A stretch of DNA of 64,000 bases. Origin: an uncultured archaeon. Lineage in GTDB: Archaea; Thermoproteota; Nitrososphaeria; Nitrososphaerales; Gagatemarchaeaceae. The DNA lies in contig CAWFOU010000001.1 in assembly GCA_963817525.1 (NCBI GenBank), positions 320,001-384,000 of the forward strand. The letters run 5' to 3'. The first letter of the stretch is position 1, and each line of letters opens with the position of its first letter. Position numbers and translations under genes: made by a program. The notes beneath the pieces are model-generated. The model made no database searches. It worked only from the letters and a program-made list of their open reading frames with translations, and was not told the origin of the DNA. Shown one piece after another: positions 45,706 to 55,280 of the stretch.

Positions 45706-46875
45706 TCAAGGAAGGAGAATCGTTATGCTTCTCAGCGTCAATACGTAGCCGTTCGAGTTCGCAAGGTAGATCATCTGGTTGCTAGGATCGAAGGCTACGC
45801 CCATGGGTGAGCCATTGTCGGCAAACGAGTTCAGGATGTTATCATTCGTGCCGTCGACAATGAAGAAGGAAGGCAGACCCTGTCCATTCCCGCAAGCGAC
45901 GTAGACTTCGTCGGTGGAAGAGTTCACAGCGAGCCCACGACACTCCAGAGCATACGCGCTCAATCTCGTGTTTGAGACCGAGCCGGTGGTCCCGTTGATG
46001 GAGACCAGCAGATTCTGCGACGTCGTCACGTAGATCATGTTCGTGACCTGATTGACAGCTATCGCAAATGGGAGACCTATGGGGATCGACGAAACTATCG
46101 AGTTGGTCCTGCCGTTGATGACATAAACGAAGGCAGGTGAGCAGGCGAAGTTGGTCGTGCAGACAGGCACATAGACCATGTTCGTCTTTGAATCGACGGC
46201 CACGCCCATGGCGCTGCCGTTCAGCCGGATGCTCTTGGTGAGCGAGTTGGTCGCACCATTTATCACATACAACGTGTCGGTATCTGCGCTGCTCGCGTAT
46301 ACCGTATTGGTATCTGTGTTCACAGCCAATCCATCAATATACGCTCCCAGGTTTACTCCTCCAATAACGTGGTTTGACGAGCCATTGACAGCTACTACGG
46401 ACTCGCTGCACGGTCCACATGAATCGTTATTGGCGTAGATAGTATCGGTCTCAGGGTCTACCGCTAAGTAGAGGAAGCCGCCAGGTATCGGGACGCTCGA
46501 TGTGTGGCCAGATGTCGCGTTTATCACAACCATGCCGCCAGAGGCACCACCCACATAGACTTCGTTGGTCGAAGGGTCGACCGCTATGTCCCAAGGGCTC
46601 CCGCCCACGGTCGTATTCGCCAGCGTTATCGCCGAGATACTTGGCGATTCATAGCCGCCCACCGATGTCACATTACCCGTTGCTGTACCGGTCAGGGTCA
46701 AAGTGCTGTCGGCGGTGACGGTGGTATCGAAGGTCGAGGTAATGGTCGAAATCTCCGTCACCGTCATCCTGTTCCCAAGGTACGACGAACCGAGTATTGC
46801 CGAAGCGATCACTGCTGCGGCAATGATTATGGCCGCCGAGAGCGAGGTGTAACTTCGAGATGGCTGAGCTTCCAT
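45706..46875 (-). CDS. Anchored YVTN/YncE-like beta-propeller protein
   Basis: Repeated AV(D/N)..TN.(V/I)YV and VING.TN blades. Confidence 0.9.
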   Translation of the reverse strand: MEAQPSRSYTSLSAAIIIAAAVIASAILGSSYLGNRMTVTEISTITSTFDTTVTADSTLTLTGTATGNVTSVGGYESPSISAITLANTTVGGSPWDIAVDPSTNEVYVGGASGGMVVINATSGHTSSVPIPGGFLYLAVDPETDTIYANNDSCGPCSESVVAVNGSSNHVIGGVNLGAYIDGLAVNTDTNTVYASSADTDTLYVINGATNSLTKSIRLNGSAMGVAVDSKTNMVYVPVCTTNFACSPAFVYVINGRTNSIVSSIPIGLPFAIAVNQVTNMIYVTTSQNLLVSINGTTGSVSNTRLSAYALECRGLAVNSSTDEVYVACGNGQGLPSFFIVDGTNDNILNSFADNGSPMGVAFDPSNQMIYLANSNGYVLTLRSITILLP

Positions 46876-46995
46876 TCAACCCTGCCTGTTTCAGATTTAG
46901 ATGAATAATGGGATTAATACCCTTGTCGGCCCGCTCTGAAGACCCGGTTGCGCCGCTCCGACTTTTCGCCTCCCTCCCAGGCATTCAAACAGTCC

Positions 46996-47631
46996 TCATG
47001 TCGAGGCCGGGGCAGAGGGCTGCGAGGACGTGAGGGAGAATAGCTTCCCGACTCTCGCCGCAATCGGTCCCCAGTTCATCTTGTAAGTGGCGATGCCGAG
47101 GACGACGAACGCCGCGGAGCCTGCTATCGAGAGCTCAAGGCGCGTGAGACCGAGGAAGTGGTGGGTCAGGCGTGAGATCTCGAGGAGGCCCGAGAGCTCT
47201 AGGAGGATCTCGAAGGCGCTCTTGAGGAGCTTCGCCAGGAATGTGACCCCGAGCATGGGGGCGAGCCTGCCGCGGTTAGCGCCCGCTCCGAGGTAGACGT
47301 AGTCGTCGAAGGGCAGGAAGGGCAGCAGGGCCGTGATGAACAAGCCCAGATAGAACCCGGTCTTCCCGATCCACGTCCCCAGAAGCCTGACGTTCCTGTT
47401 CTTGAGGAGGCTGCTCTTGAGCCCCACGGCCGTGAAGTAGATCACGATCTTCCCCAGGGTGGCTCCGAGCGCCGTGACGAAGACGACGAGCAGGAAGCTC
47501 TCGATGTTGACCCCAAAGGCCGAGAGCTCGGCGGTGGCCAGGAGCGTGTACGATGCGCCGAAGAACGCCGTGGCGTTGGAGACCAGCGAAAACAGGAAGA
47601 GAAGGAAGAGGCGTACCAGGACCGAGATCAA
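46996..47631 (-). CDS. DedA/VTT-like membrane protein
   Basis: GATLGKIVIY, ALLPFLPFDD, FLAK motifs. Confidence 0.7.
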   Translation of the reverse strand: MISVLVRLFLLFLFSLVSNATAFFGASYTLLATAELSAFGVNIESFLLVVFVTALGATLGKIVIYFTAVGLKSSLLKNRNVRLLGTWIGKTGFYLGLFITALLPFLPFDDYVYLGAGANRGRLAPMLGVTFLAKLLKSAFEILLELSGLLEISRLTHHFLGLTRLELSIAGSAAFVVLGIATYKMNWGPIAARVGKLFSLTSSQPSAPAST

Positions 47632-47760
47632 CGGAGGCTCCGTGGGCCGCCCCCTTCGGCCCTCTTATAGACGGTGCGGGCCTCCCGTCGACTGACTCCA
47701 ACAGCCTAAAATACGCTGACGGCCCCCTTCGCTTGGGAACCTTCTGCGGGGTGTGAACAT

Positions 47761-49269
47761 TTGCCATCGCACAAGCTGATAATAATCGGGATCGACGCGG
47801 CTGACCTGCAGCTCACCCAGGACTACATGGGGGAGGGGGACCTGCCCACCCTCACCTCAATCGGAGACAGAAGCTGCTTCTCACGTCTAAAGTCGGGCAT
47901 CCCCCCGCAGACCGCCCCGGCATGGACCTCGATCACGACCGGGGTGAACCCGGGCAAGCACGGCATATACTACTTCTACAACTTCTCGACCTCCCCCATC
48001 ACGATAACAAACTCCACCGACTCTTCTACCCCGAGGGTCTGGGACTACGTGCAGGCGCTGGGCGAAAAGTCGGTCGTCGTCAACCTTCCCGTCACCTATC
48101 CCGTCCGCGAGATGTCAGGGTCGATAGTCTCCGGGATACCCCCTTGGTTCGTCGACGAGAGGTCGGTCTACCCGAAGGAGCTGATGGGGAGGCTGAAGGC
48201 CATCGGCTACGAGATCGACGCGCCGATGAGTAGGGGCCTCGAAAAGCGCCCCGACGCCCTGGTCGGCCGGGCCTTGGCGACCGAGGAGAAGAGGGTGGAC
48301 CTCTTCCTCGAGCTCCTCAAGGAGGGCGAGTGGACCTTCGGCATGATCGTCCTCACCGCGCTCGACCGCGTCCAGCACAAGCTCCTGGGGAAGGGGGATA
48401 AGGAGAGGGCCGCGGTCCGGAAGGCATACGGCGGGGTCGACTCCCTCGTCGAGAAGATAATCGAAACCGTCGGGGGCGGGGTCAACTTCCTGATAGTCTC
48501 TGACCACGGCTTCAACGAGAGGCCGGTCGCCTTCTACCCCAACTCGTGGCTACACGAACAGGGTCTGCTCCTCAGGAAGTCCTCCCTAAGGTATCGCCTG
48601 ACGAGGATGGCGCACGACCTCTTCGACGGCCACCTCCTTTGGCTCCCTCAGAGCTTGACGAAGAGATACCAGGGCGCGACCACGGTCATACGCACCATAG
48701 ACGCCGTGGACCTGGAGAGGTCGCGGGCATATGTGCCAGGAACGGACGGAGTCATCGTGGTAAAGTCCAAGGAGGACGAGAAGTCGATAATATCGGGCCT
48801 CTCCGCATTGAAGGACGAGTCCGGGAAGGAGATCTGCAAGGTCTACACGAGGGACCAGGTCTACAAGGGCGACAGGCTAGACTCAGCGCCCGAACTCCTG
48901 ATCGTCCCGCGCGACGACATCAACATCAAGACCGACCCGTTCAAGAGCGGCATCCTGTCCAGGTCTGGGAACTTCCCCAAGGCCAACCACAGCTCAAACG
49001 GGATCTTCTTCGCCCTCGGCCCCGACGTGAAGAGGTCGAGGGCGTTAGACGTCTCTCTCGAGGACGTGACGCCGACCTCGCTCACGCTGATGGGAATCAG
49101 GCCCCCCGACTGGATGGACGGGCACGCCATCCAGGAGATCATGGCCTCGCCGCACCCGACGCAGAATCTCAGGGTCGCCGACGTGAAGCGCGTCGACCGC
49201 AGCTACGCCTTCTCAGAGAAAGAAGAAAAGGCAGTGATGGACAACCTGAAGCGCCTTGGCTACACGTGA
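47761..49269 (+). CDS. AlkP-superfamily (type I phosphodiesterase-like) protein
   Basis: IGIDAA, PPQTAPAWTSITTGVNPGKHG, LDRVQH, VSDHGF, C-terminal LKRLGY. Confidence 0.9.
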   Translation: MPSHKLIIIGIDAADLQLTQDYMGEGDLPTLTSIGDRSCFSRLKSGIPPQTAPAWTSITTGVNPGKHGIYYFYNFSTSPITITNSTDSSTPRVWDYVQALGEKSVVVNLPVTYPVREMSGSIVSGIPPWFVDERSVYPKELMGRLKAIGYEIDAPMSRGLEKRPDALVGRALATEEKRVDLFLELLKEGEWTFGMIVLTALDRVQHKLLGKGDKERAAVRKAYGGVDSLVEKIIETVGGGVNFLIVSDHGFNERPVAFYPNSWLHEQGLLLRKSSLRYRLTRMAHDLFDGHLLWLPQSLTKRYQGATTVIRTIDAVDLERSRAYVPGTDGVIVVKSKEDEKSIISGLSALKDESGKEICKVYTRDQVYKGDRLDSAPELLIVPRDDINIKTDPFKSGILSRSGNFPKANHSSNGIFFALGPDVKRSRALDVSLEDVTPTSLTLMGIRPPDWMDGHAIQEIMASPHPTQNLRVADVKRVDRSYAFSEKEEKAVMDNLKRLGYT

Positions 49270-50857
49270 TCCGGCGCCAGGTCAAACTGCCGAGGCAGCG
49301 CGCGCCCTAGTCCAGCCGGGGGCTCCCGCGAGCGGCGCGGGCAAGGAGGTCGCTTCAGAGAGGACGAAGCACATCGCATCGGGGATCAGGTCCCTGACCG
49401 TACAGAACATGGTCAACAGCATCCTGGGCTTCGTCTTCCTCAGCATGCTCCTCCGCCTGCTGTCGCCCTCCGACTATGGCCTCTACTCAGCGGCCCTCCT
49501 GGTGACCACCATCGGCTCTGCGGTGGCGGTCTTCGGGCTGCAGTTCGCCGCGACCAGGTTCGTCGCCTTCATGGCGCACGACGAGGGCGAGTCCAGGGTC
49601 GTCTCCAGGGCGATAGTGATCCTCTCGCTCGTCTTCACTTCTACGGCGACCGTTGTCTACGTCGTGCTCTCCCCGGCGCTCTCGATGTACTTCACCAAGA
49701 GCACAGCCGACGCGTGGGTCTTCGCCGCCTCCGGCGCCTGGCTCTTCTCTATCACGATCTCGGGGATATTCCAGGGGCTCGTCCAGGGTATGAAAAAGTA
49801 CCAGACTCTCGCGCGGATACTCGTCAGCGCGAACTTCGCCACCGTGGGCCTCACCGTGCTCGGGCTGCTAGAGTTCCACAGCGTGATCGTCCCCATCGTC
49901 GCCTGGGTCGCCTACGGCGCGGTCATAACGGTCTGGTCGCTCGCCATCACCCGCAAGCCGCTCCTCGTCGCGGCGCCTTCGGCCGCCTCTGGAATGAAAG
50001 TAGGGCAGGTTCTTAGGTACTCCATACCTCTCGGCATCGCGGGCATAGTCACGGTCGCGACCGGCGCGGCCGACCCCATCGTGGTGGGCGGGTTCATGAG
50101 CCAGTCACAGCTCGGGGCGTACTACGCCGCCATCGCGATCTCAGGCGGGCTCGGCGTCATGCTGTTCACCCCGCTGAACACCGCGTTCTTCCCCGAGACG
50201 TCGTCCTACGCCGACGACCCCAGCAAGCTCACCGCAGGCCTGAGGCTCGCCTTCCGCTACACCGCCCTCGCCCTGATCCCAGTGTCCTTCGCGCTCGTGG
50301 GCCTCTCCAAGCAGATGATCCGCCTCTTCTCGGGCGGCGTCACGAGCTATCTCGTGGCCAACCCGTCCCTGCAGATGATGTCCGCCTTCTTCCTCTTCGT
50401 CGCTATGCAGGGGATACTCACCTCGCTCCTGCTCTCGACCGGGAAGACGACCCAGGTGATGCTGATCGGGCTAGTGACCGTGGCGCTGGACCTCGTCCTC
50501 TCGCTGCTGCTGGTCCCGAGCTTCGGCCTCCTCGGGGCAGCGACGAGCAGGACGCTCGTGGACGTCGCCGGGTTCCTGATGGCCGTGTACCTCACCAGGA
50601 GCTACCTCAGGGGCATCGCTGACATCGGCTTCCAGGTGAAGCTCATCGGCTCCTCGCTCGTGATGCTCGGGGTCCTGTTCGGGATGTCCAAGTTCATCTC
50701 CAACAGGGCGGTGACGCTTCTCCCCTACAGTCTGATCGGGGTGGCGGTCCTCCTCGTCTGCGCGCGCGGCCTCCGCCTCCTCACCGAGGAAGACAAGCGC
50801 TACATAGAGCACTTCGTGCCCTCCGCAATGGGGAAGCTGGTGCGCCAGCTCCTCTAG
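49256..50857 (+). CDS. Wzx/MOP-family oligosaccharide flippase
   Basis: Many TM helices; RLLSPSDYGLY, LGAYYAA, LVPSFGLLGAA. Confidence 0.9.
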   Translation: MATRDPAPGQTAEAARALVQPGAPASGAGKEVASERTKHIASGIRSLTVQNMVNSILGFVFLSMLLRLLSPSDYGLYSAALLVTTIGSAVAVFGLQFAATRFVAFMAHDEGESRVVSRAIVILSLVFTSTATVVYVVLSPALSMYFTKSTADAWVFAASGAWLFSITISGIFQGLVQGMKKYQTLARILVSANFATVGLTVLGLLEFHSVIVPIVAWVAYGAVITVWSLAITRKPLLVAAPSAASGMKVGQVLRYSIPLGIAGIVTVATGAADPIVVGGFMSQSQLGAYYAAIAISGGLGVMLFTPLNTAFFPETSSYADDPSKLTAGLRLAFRYTALALIPVSFALVGLSKQMIRLFSGGVTSYLVANPSLQMMSAFFLFVAMQGILTSLLLSTGKTTQVMLIGLVTVALDLVLSLLLVPSFGLLGAATSRTLVDVAGFLMAVYLTRSYLRGIADIGFQVKLIGSSLVMLGVLFGMSKFISNRAVTLLPYSLIGVAVLLVCARGLRLLTEEDKRYIEHFVPSAMGKLVRQLL

Positions 50858-50901
50858 CGTGAGGCGCGACAGACAAACTTAAAGCGATTACGAGGCTGAA
50901 G

Positions 50902-51522
50902 TTGGCCGACTTGGCCAGAACGCAGGAATATCTCGAGGAGGTCTCCCAGATTGCGGCGAAGCTCGACCGAGGCTCGATCGACAAGGCGATAGGGGTCCTA
51001 TACGAGGGGTGGAAGAACGACAGCCAGGTCTTCGTGATAGGCAACGGGGGCTCGGCCTCCACCTCCACGCACTTCGCCTGCGACCTCAACAAGTGGGTCT
51101 CGGACGAGTCGGACAGGAAGTTCCGCGCGTTCTCGCTCGTGGACAACATCCCGCTCGTGAGCGCCCTCACCAACGACAACGGCTGGGGCGACATCTACTA
51201 CGAGCAGCTGAGGAACTTCTTCAGGAAAGGAGACGTCCTCGTCGCCATCAGCGTCCACGGGGGCTCTGGGAGCGACAAGGCCGGGCCCTGGTCCCAGAAC
51301 CTCCTGAAGGCGGTGAAGTACGCCAAGGACAACGGCGGCAAGGTCGTGGGCCTCTCGGGGTTCGACGGCGGAGTGCTCAAGACCGCCTCCGACGCGTGCA
51401 TCGTCGTCCCCGCGAACTCCACACCCCACGTCGAGGGGATGCACCTGGTCCTCACGCACCTCATGGCGGAGCAGCTCCGCGGAATGATTTCGTCCAAGGA
51501 CAAGAAGCCTTCGAGGTACTGA
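50902..51522 (+). CDS. gmhA: Phosphoheptose isomerase (SIS domain)
   Basis: IGNGGSASTSTHF, TND, SGFDGG, VEGMH. Confidence 0.85.
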   Translation: MADLARTQEYLEEVSQIAAKLDRGSIDKAIGVLYEGWKNDSQVFVIGNGGSASTSTHFACDLNKWVSDESDRKFRAFSLVDNIPLVSALTNDNGWGDIYYEQLRNFFRKGDVLVAISVHGGSGSDKAGPWSQNLLKAVKYAKDNGGKVVGLSGFDGGVLKTASDACIVVPANSTPHVEGMHLVLTHLMAEQLRGMISSKDKKPSRY

Positions 51523-51524
51523 CC

Positions 51525-52187
51525 TCAGCCGGATGTTCTGCTCGCGCGGCCTTTCACTCGGGCTCGCTTCGTCTCACTCTCGATCCTCGCAAGGAGGTCT
51601 GGGACCTGCTTCAGCGAGGGCAGCATGTAGTCCGGCTGCGCGTCCTGCTCCTCCATCAGCCGGGTGAGGAAAGTCGTGACGTGCCCTAACAGGATGGTCT
51701 TGCACCCTGCCGCATTGCCAGCCTTTACGTCGTCCAGCGCGTCGCCCACGAAGAAGGAGCTGCTAATGTCGACGCCGTTCTCCTTGGCCGCCCGAAGCAG
51801 AAGCCCTGGCTTCGGCTTCCTGCACTCGCAGTCCGCCTTGTACTTCTTGACCAGCGCGTCGGGGTGGTGGAGGCAATAGTACTCCCCGTCCAGCGCGCCT
51901 CCGCGCCTGGCCAGCTCTGCCCTGACCATCGCGTTCATCTTCTCGAACTCCGAGTAAGTGAGCTGGCGCTTCGCCACCCCTGGCTGGTTGGAGACAAGGA
52001 TCGCCTTGAAGCCTAGCCCCTTGATCTTCCTCACAGAGTCCCCCGCGTAGGGGTGGACCCTGAGCTGCTTCGCCGACAGGGGGCTGCCGATGCGCCCTTC
52101 GTCAGGGTTGTACTCGAGGTCGTTGAGCACCCCGTCCCGGTCGATGAAAACGGCCCTTTTTCGTCTCATTTCACGCGCGCCAGGCAT
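51525..52187 (-). CDS. gmhB: Heptose-1,7-bisphosphate phosphatase (HAD IIIA); alternative start 52169
   Basis: FIDRDGVLN, SNQPG, CLHHP...CECRKPKPG, VGD..DD. Confidence 0.88.
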   Translation of the reverse strand: MPGAREMRRKRAVFIDRDGVLNDLEYNPDEGRIGSPLSAKQLRVHPYAGDSVRKIKGLGFKAILVSNQPGVAKRQLTYSEFEKMNAMVRAELARRGGALDGEYYCLHHPDALVKKYKADCECRKPKPGLLLRAAKENGVDISSSFFVGDALDDVKAGNAAGCKTILLGHVTTFLTRLMEEQDAQPDYMLPSLKQVPDLLARIESETKRARVKGRASRTSG

Positions 52188-52300
52188 TTTTCAGGACGTC
52201 TGGGAGGAGACGACCCGTAACCGACTTATGCCTTTCGCAGGCGTGCTTTGGTGCGTCTTAGGGAGATGGGTGGTTATATCGTGGAATCGCCTTTCAAGGC

Positions 52301-53375
52301 GTGGAGTCCGTCAGGGCAATCCGATTCAGGTACGAGGCCTCCGAGGAGCTCTCGTCCCTCTTCGAGGAGTTCCGCCTCATGTGCAACGACGCCATCAGGA
52401 TAGCCTTGAAGGAAGCCCAAGAGCAGGTTCAGGCTCATCGAGCTCGCCTACCCCCGGCTCAAGGAGTACGGGCTCCACACGCACTACATCCTCTCGGCCT
52501 GCGAGGTCGCCTATACCGCCTGCAAGAACCGGAAGAGAAAGTCCACACCCCGCATCACGAGGCCGTTCATCAAGCTCGACAGCCAGACGTACACGCTGAA
52601 CCACCTCATCTTGAGGATCCCGACGCGGCCAAGGCACTTGATCTATCTGACCCTTCACGCGTCCAACTACCACCTCTCCTTCGTGGACGACCCTGCTCTG
52701 AAGCGGGGTTCCATCACCATTACCGACACAGCGCCCGCGGTAGCTTTCACTAGGAAGACCGCCGAGATCGAGCCCCGCGGGAGGATGGGGATAGACATCA
52801 ACGAGAGGAACGTGACGTGGGCCGACTCGGCAGGGACAGTACTGAAAGAGGACACGTCGGCGGTCGCGGAGCTAAAGGAGAGATACAAGGCGCTCAGGGC
52901 GAAGATCGCCGAGCGGACGAGCAAGGATAGGCGGATAATGCGAGAGCTTCTCTCAAAATATGGAAGGCGCGAGAGGGACAGGACGACCCAGGCTCTTCAC
53001 CGCGTCACGAAGAAGATCGTCGAACACGCGAAGGCGAACGGCCTGGCGATCGTCATGGAGAACCTCAAGGGAATAAGGAAGCTCTATCGCCGGGGGAACG
53101 GACAAGGCGCGTCGTTCAGGGGGCGGATGAACTCATGGGCCTTCCGTGAGGTCCAACGACAGATCGAGTACAAGGCGCGGTGGGCAGGGATGCCCGTCAA
53201 CTACGTCAACCCGAGAGGCACGTCCCGAAAATGCCCGAAGTGTGGCTCCTCTCTCATACGACTCGAAGGGCGCAGGCTCTTGTGCCCTTCGTGCAAGCAG
53301 GTCCAGGATAGGGACGACATTGCCGCGATGAACATAATGGCCTGCGCGGTTCCGCAGGCTCGGCCTGGCGGGTGA
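52301..53375 (+). pseudogene. tnpB: TnpB/Cas12f-like RNA-guided nuclease, one frameshift at ~52412
   Basis: RuvC-I GIDIN, RuvC-II VMENL, CPKC..CPSC, RuvC-III DRDDIAAMNI all intact; the 3' frame is open from 52413. Confidence 0.9.
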
Positions 53376-53458
53376 AGCTGTGATGTGGAACGAGACGACG
53401 ACTCTAATCCTCGGAGCAGATGCCAGGAAGGCGCGTCTCCCGAAGGGGCACCAGAATC
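53355..53458 (+). ncRNA. Putative omegaRNA/reRNA scaffold
   Basis: Overlaps the tnpB 3' end; pairings CCTGGC/GCCAGG and GAGACG/CGTCTC (pseudoknot-like); conserved in the deleted copy at 24534-24635. Confidence 0.65.
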
Positions 53459-53516
53459 CGCAGGCGCAGTAAATCTTATACCCTCGCCCGCCACACCACG
53501 GGACAGGCGCGCGAAC

Positions 53517-54197
53517 GTGGTCCAGTTCTTCTTAGACACGGCCTCTCTGAACGAGATCGAGGAGGTCTCACGGCAGGGTGTGACCGAAGGGGTCACCACC
53601 AACCAGATGATCATCTTGAAGGAGGGGAAGGTCGACTTCAAGCGACGGATCCTGGAGATCTGCCGTCAGGTAAAGGGCCCCGTCAGCGTCGAGACCACAA
53701 AGAACAGCGTCTCCGACCTACTTGCGCAGGGCAGGGAGTTCGCCTCGTGGCACAAGAACATAGTCGTCAAGGTGGCGATGCACGGCGACGGCAGGGGGCT
53801 CGAGGTGGTGCACCAGCTGACCAAGGAGCACATCAAGACGAACATGACCTGCATGATGACCTTCAACCAGCTCGTCCTCGCGTCCAAGGCAGGCGCGACC
53901 TACGTCTCTCTCTTCTACAACAGGGCCATAGAGGCGCGCGAGAACCCTCTACAGATAATCAAGGACTACGTCGCCCTGGCCAAGGAGAACGAACCCATGG
54001 GCAGGCTGATTGTCGGGAGCATCAGGAAGCCGGAGGACGTCGCCCAGGCCGTCGCGGCTGGGGCACACATCATCACCGTGCCCTTCAAGATCCTGAAGCA
54101 GATGCCTTTCAACAAGCGGACCGAGGAGACCATCGAGGAGTTCGACAAGGCGTGGGGCGAGTTCGAATCGATGAAGAAGGCTGCGATTGTCCGGTGA
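53517..54197 (+). CDS. tal: Transaldolase (small FSA/TalC type)
   Basis: FFLDTA, GVTTNQ, GPVSVE, NIVVKV, GATYVSLF.NR, GSIR. Confidence 0.88.
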   Translation: MVQFFLDTASLNEIEEVSRQGVTEGVTTNQMIILKEGKVDFKRRILEICRQVKGPVSVETTKNSVSDLLAQGREFASWHKNIVVKVAMHGDGRGLEVVHQLTKEHIKTNMTCMMTFNQLVLASKAGATYVSLFYNRAIEARENPLQIIKDYVALAKENEPMGRLIVGSIRKPEDVAQAVAAGAHIITVPFKILKQMPFNKRTEETIEEFDKAWGEFESMKKAAIVR

Positions 54198-54323
54198 GGA
54201 CGACTAGCCACTCCCAGTCGAAACACAGGGCCTAGCCCGGCGCGCACTGGAGCTAGATGACCGCTTTGCAACGTCAACCTTCCAGCCCGCGCACACGAAG
54301 CGGGGGAGGGGAGTGATTCGCCC

Positions 54324-55274
54324 AGGAGAGCGCTTGTCACCGGCGGCCAGGGGTTCATCGGGAGCCACCTCGTCGACCGCCTCCTGAAGGACGACTGGGA
54401 CGTGGCGGTGCTCGACAGCCTCCTTACTGGGCGCCGCTCCAACCTGGGCCAACACAAGGGCAACCGCAGCCTCAAGATCATCGAGGGGGACATCAGGGAC
54501 CCGGAGACCGTGTCGAAGAGCTCGAAGGGGTGCGACGCCGTATTCCACCTCGCTGCACACGCGCTGATGCGGGTAAGCCTCGGAGACCACCGGGCCGACC
54601 TCGAGCACAACATCGTGGGCACCCTGAACGTCTTGGATAGCATGGTGGCCAACGGCGTCCCGGACTTTGTGTTCGCCTCCACCTCCGCGCTCTACGGGGA
54701 GGCCGAGGTCGTCCCAACGCCCGAGACCTACGCGGGCATCCAGACCTCCATCTACGGGGCAGCCAAGCTCGCGGGAGAGGGCTACGCCTCCGCCTTCGCC
54801 GAGTTCAGCCCCATCAAGGTATGGGCCTACAGGTTCGGGACAGTGCTGGGCGAGAGGTGCAGGAGGGGGGCCATATGGGACTTTACCCACAAGCTGCTCG
54901 CCGACCCTTCCAAGCTTGAGATACTGGGCAACGGGAGGCAAAGCAAGGACTACATGTCGGTGAAGGACTGCGTCGACGGGATCATGATCGGCCACCAAAA
55001 GGCAAAGGGCCGCGTGAACATCTTCAACCTGGGCCTCCAGGAGCAGACCACCGTGGACCAGCTCGCCGACATCGTCATCGAGGAGATGGGGCTGCCCGGG
55101 GTCAAGAAGGCCTACACGGGCGGGGCGAGGGGGTGGGTGGGCGACAACCCTGTGGTCTACCTCTCTACGAAGAAGATCAAGGCCCTGGGGTGGAGGCCGA
55201 AGACATCGCCGACAGAGGCGATAAGGCAGACCGCAAGGTGGACCCTGAAAGAAGTGGGCTGGCGCGGGAAGTAG
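54324..55274 (+). CDS. NAD-dependent epimerase/dehydratase (start unresolved)
   Basis: In-frame RRALVTGGQGFIGSHL upstream of the track start; HLAA, FASTS, YGAAK. Confidence 0.9.
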   Translation, partial: RRALVTGGQGFIGSHLVDRLLKDDWDVAVLDSLLTGRRSNLGQHKGNRSLKIIEGDIRDPETVSKSSKGCDAVFHLAAHALMRVSLGDHRADLEHNIVGTLNVLDSMVANGVPDFVFASTSALYGEAEVVPTPETYAGIQTSIYGAAKLAGEGYASAFAEFSPIKVWAYRFGTVLGERCRRGAIWDFTHKLLADPSKLEILGNGRQSKDYMSVKDCVDGIMIGHQKAKGRVNIFNLGLQEQTTVDQLADIVIEEMGLPGVKKAYTGGARGWVGDNPVVYLSTKKIKALGWRPKTSPTEAIRQTARWTLKEVGWRGK

Positions 55275-55280
55275 GACAGG

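Larger units (their letters stand above)
29900..46950. other. Accessory island of membrane-anchored surface proteins
   Basis: About a dozen signal-anchored Ser/Thr/Asn-rich ORFs, lower GC3, gene fragments, an IS6-family element and structured spacers, interrupting the glycan cluster. Boundaries approximate. Confidence 0.75.
52244..53458 (+). mobile_element. tnpB-carrying non-autonomous element with IS6-like TIRs and 8-bp TSD
   Basis: Direct repeats CGCAGGCG at 52236-43 and 53459-66; degenerate ends TGCTTTGGTGCGTCT / GATTCTGGTGCCCCT; no tnpA; same boundaries as the 24534-24789 copy. Confidence 0.85.

Noticed and set aside
29900-46950. Integron cassette array or diversity-generating retroelement explaining the island
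   Set aside because: No integrase or reverse transcriptase, no RYYYAAC/GTTRRRY attC pattern, no TR/VR pair; genes lie on both strands and appear to have their own promoters.
53385-53516. 44-aa N-terminal extension of transaldolase in the ORF track
   Set aside because: Runs through the omegaRNA-like region, TIR and promoter; the family start matches GTG 53517.
54257-54316. BHB-like hairpin upstream of the epimerase as a second mRNA intron
   Set aside because: Predicted excision is 24 nt, keeps the frame of ATG 54257 and still hits TGA, so it does not supply the missing start.
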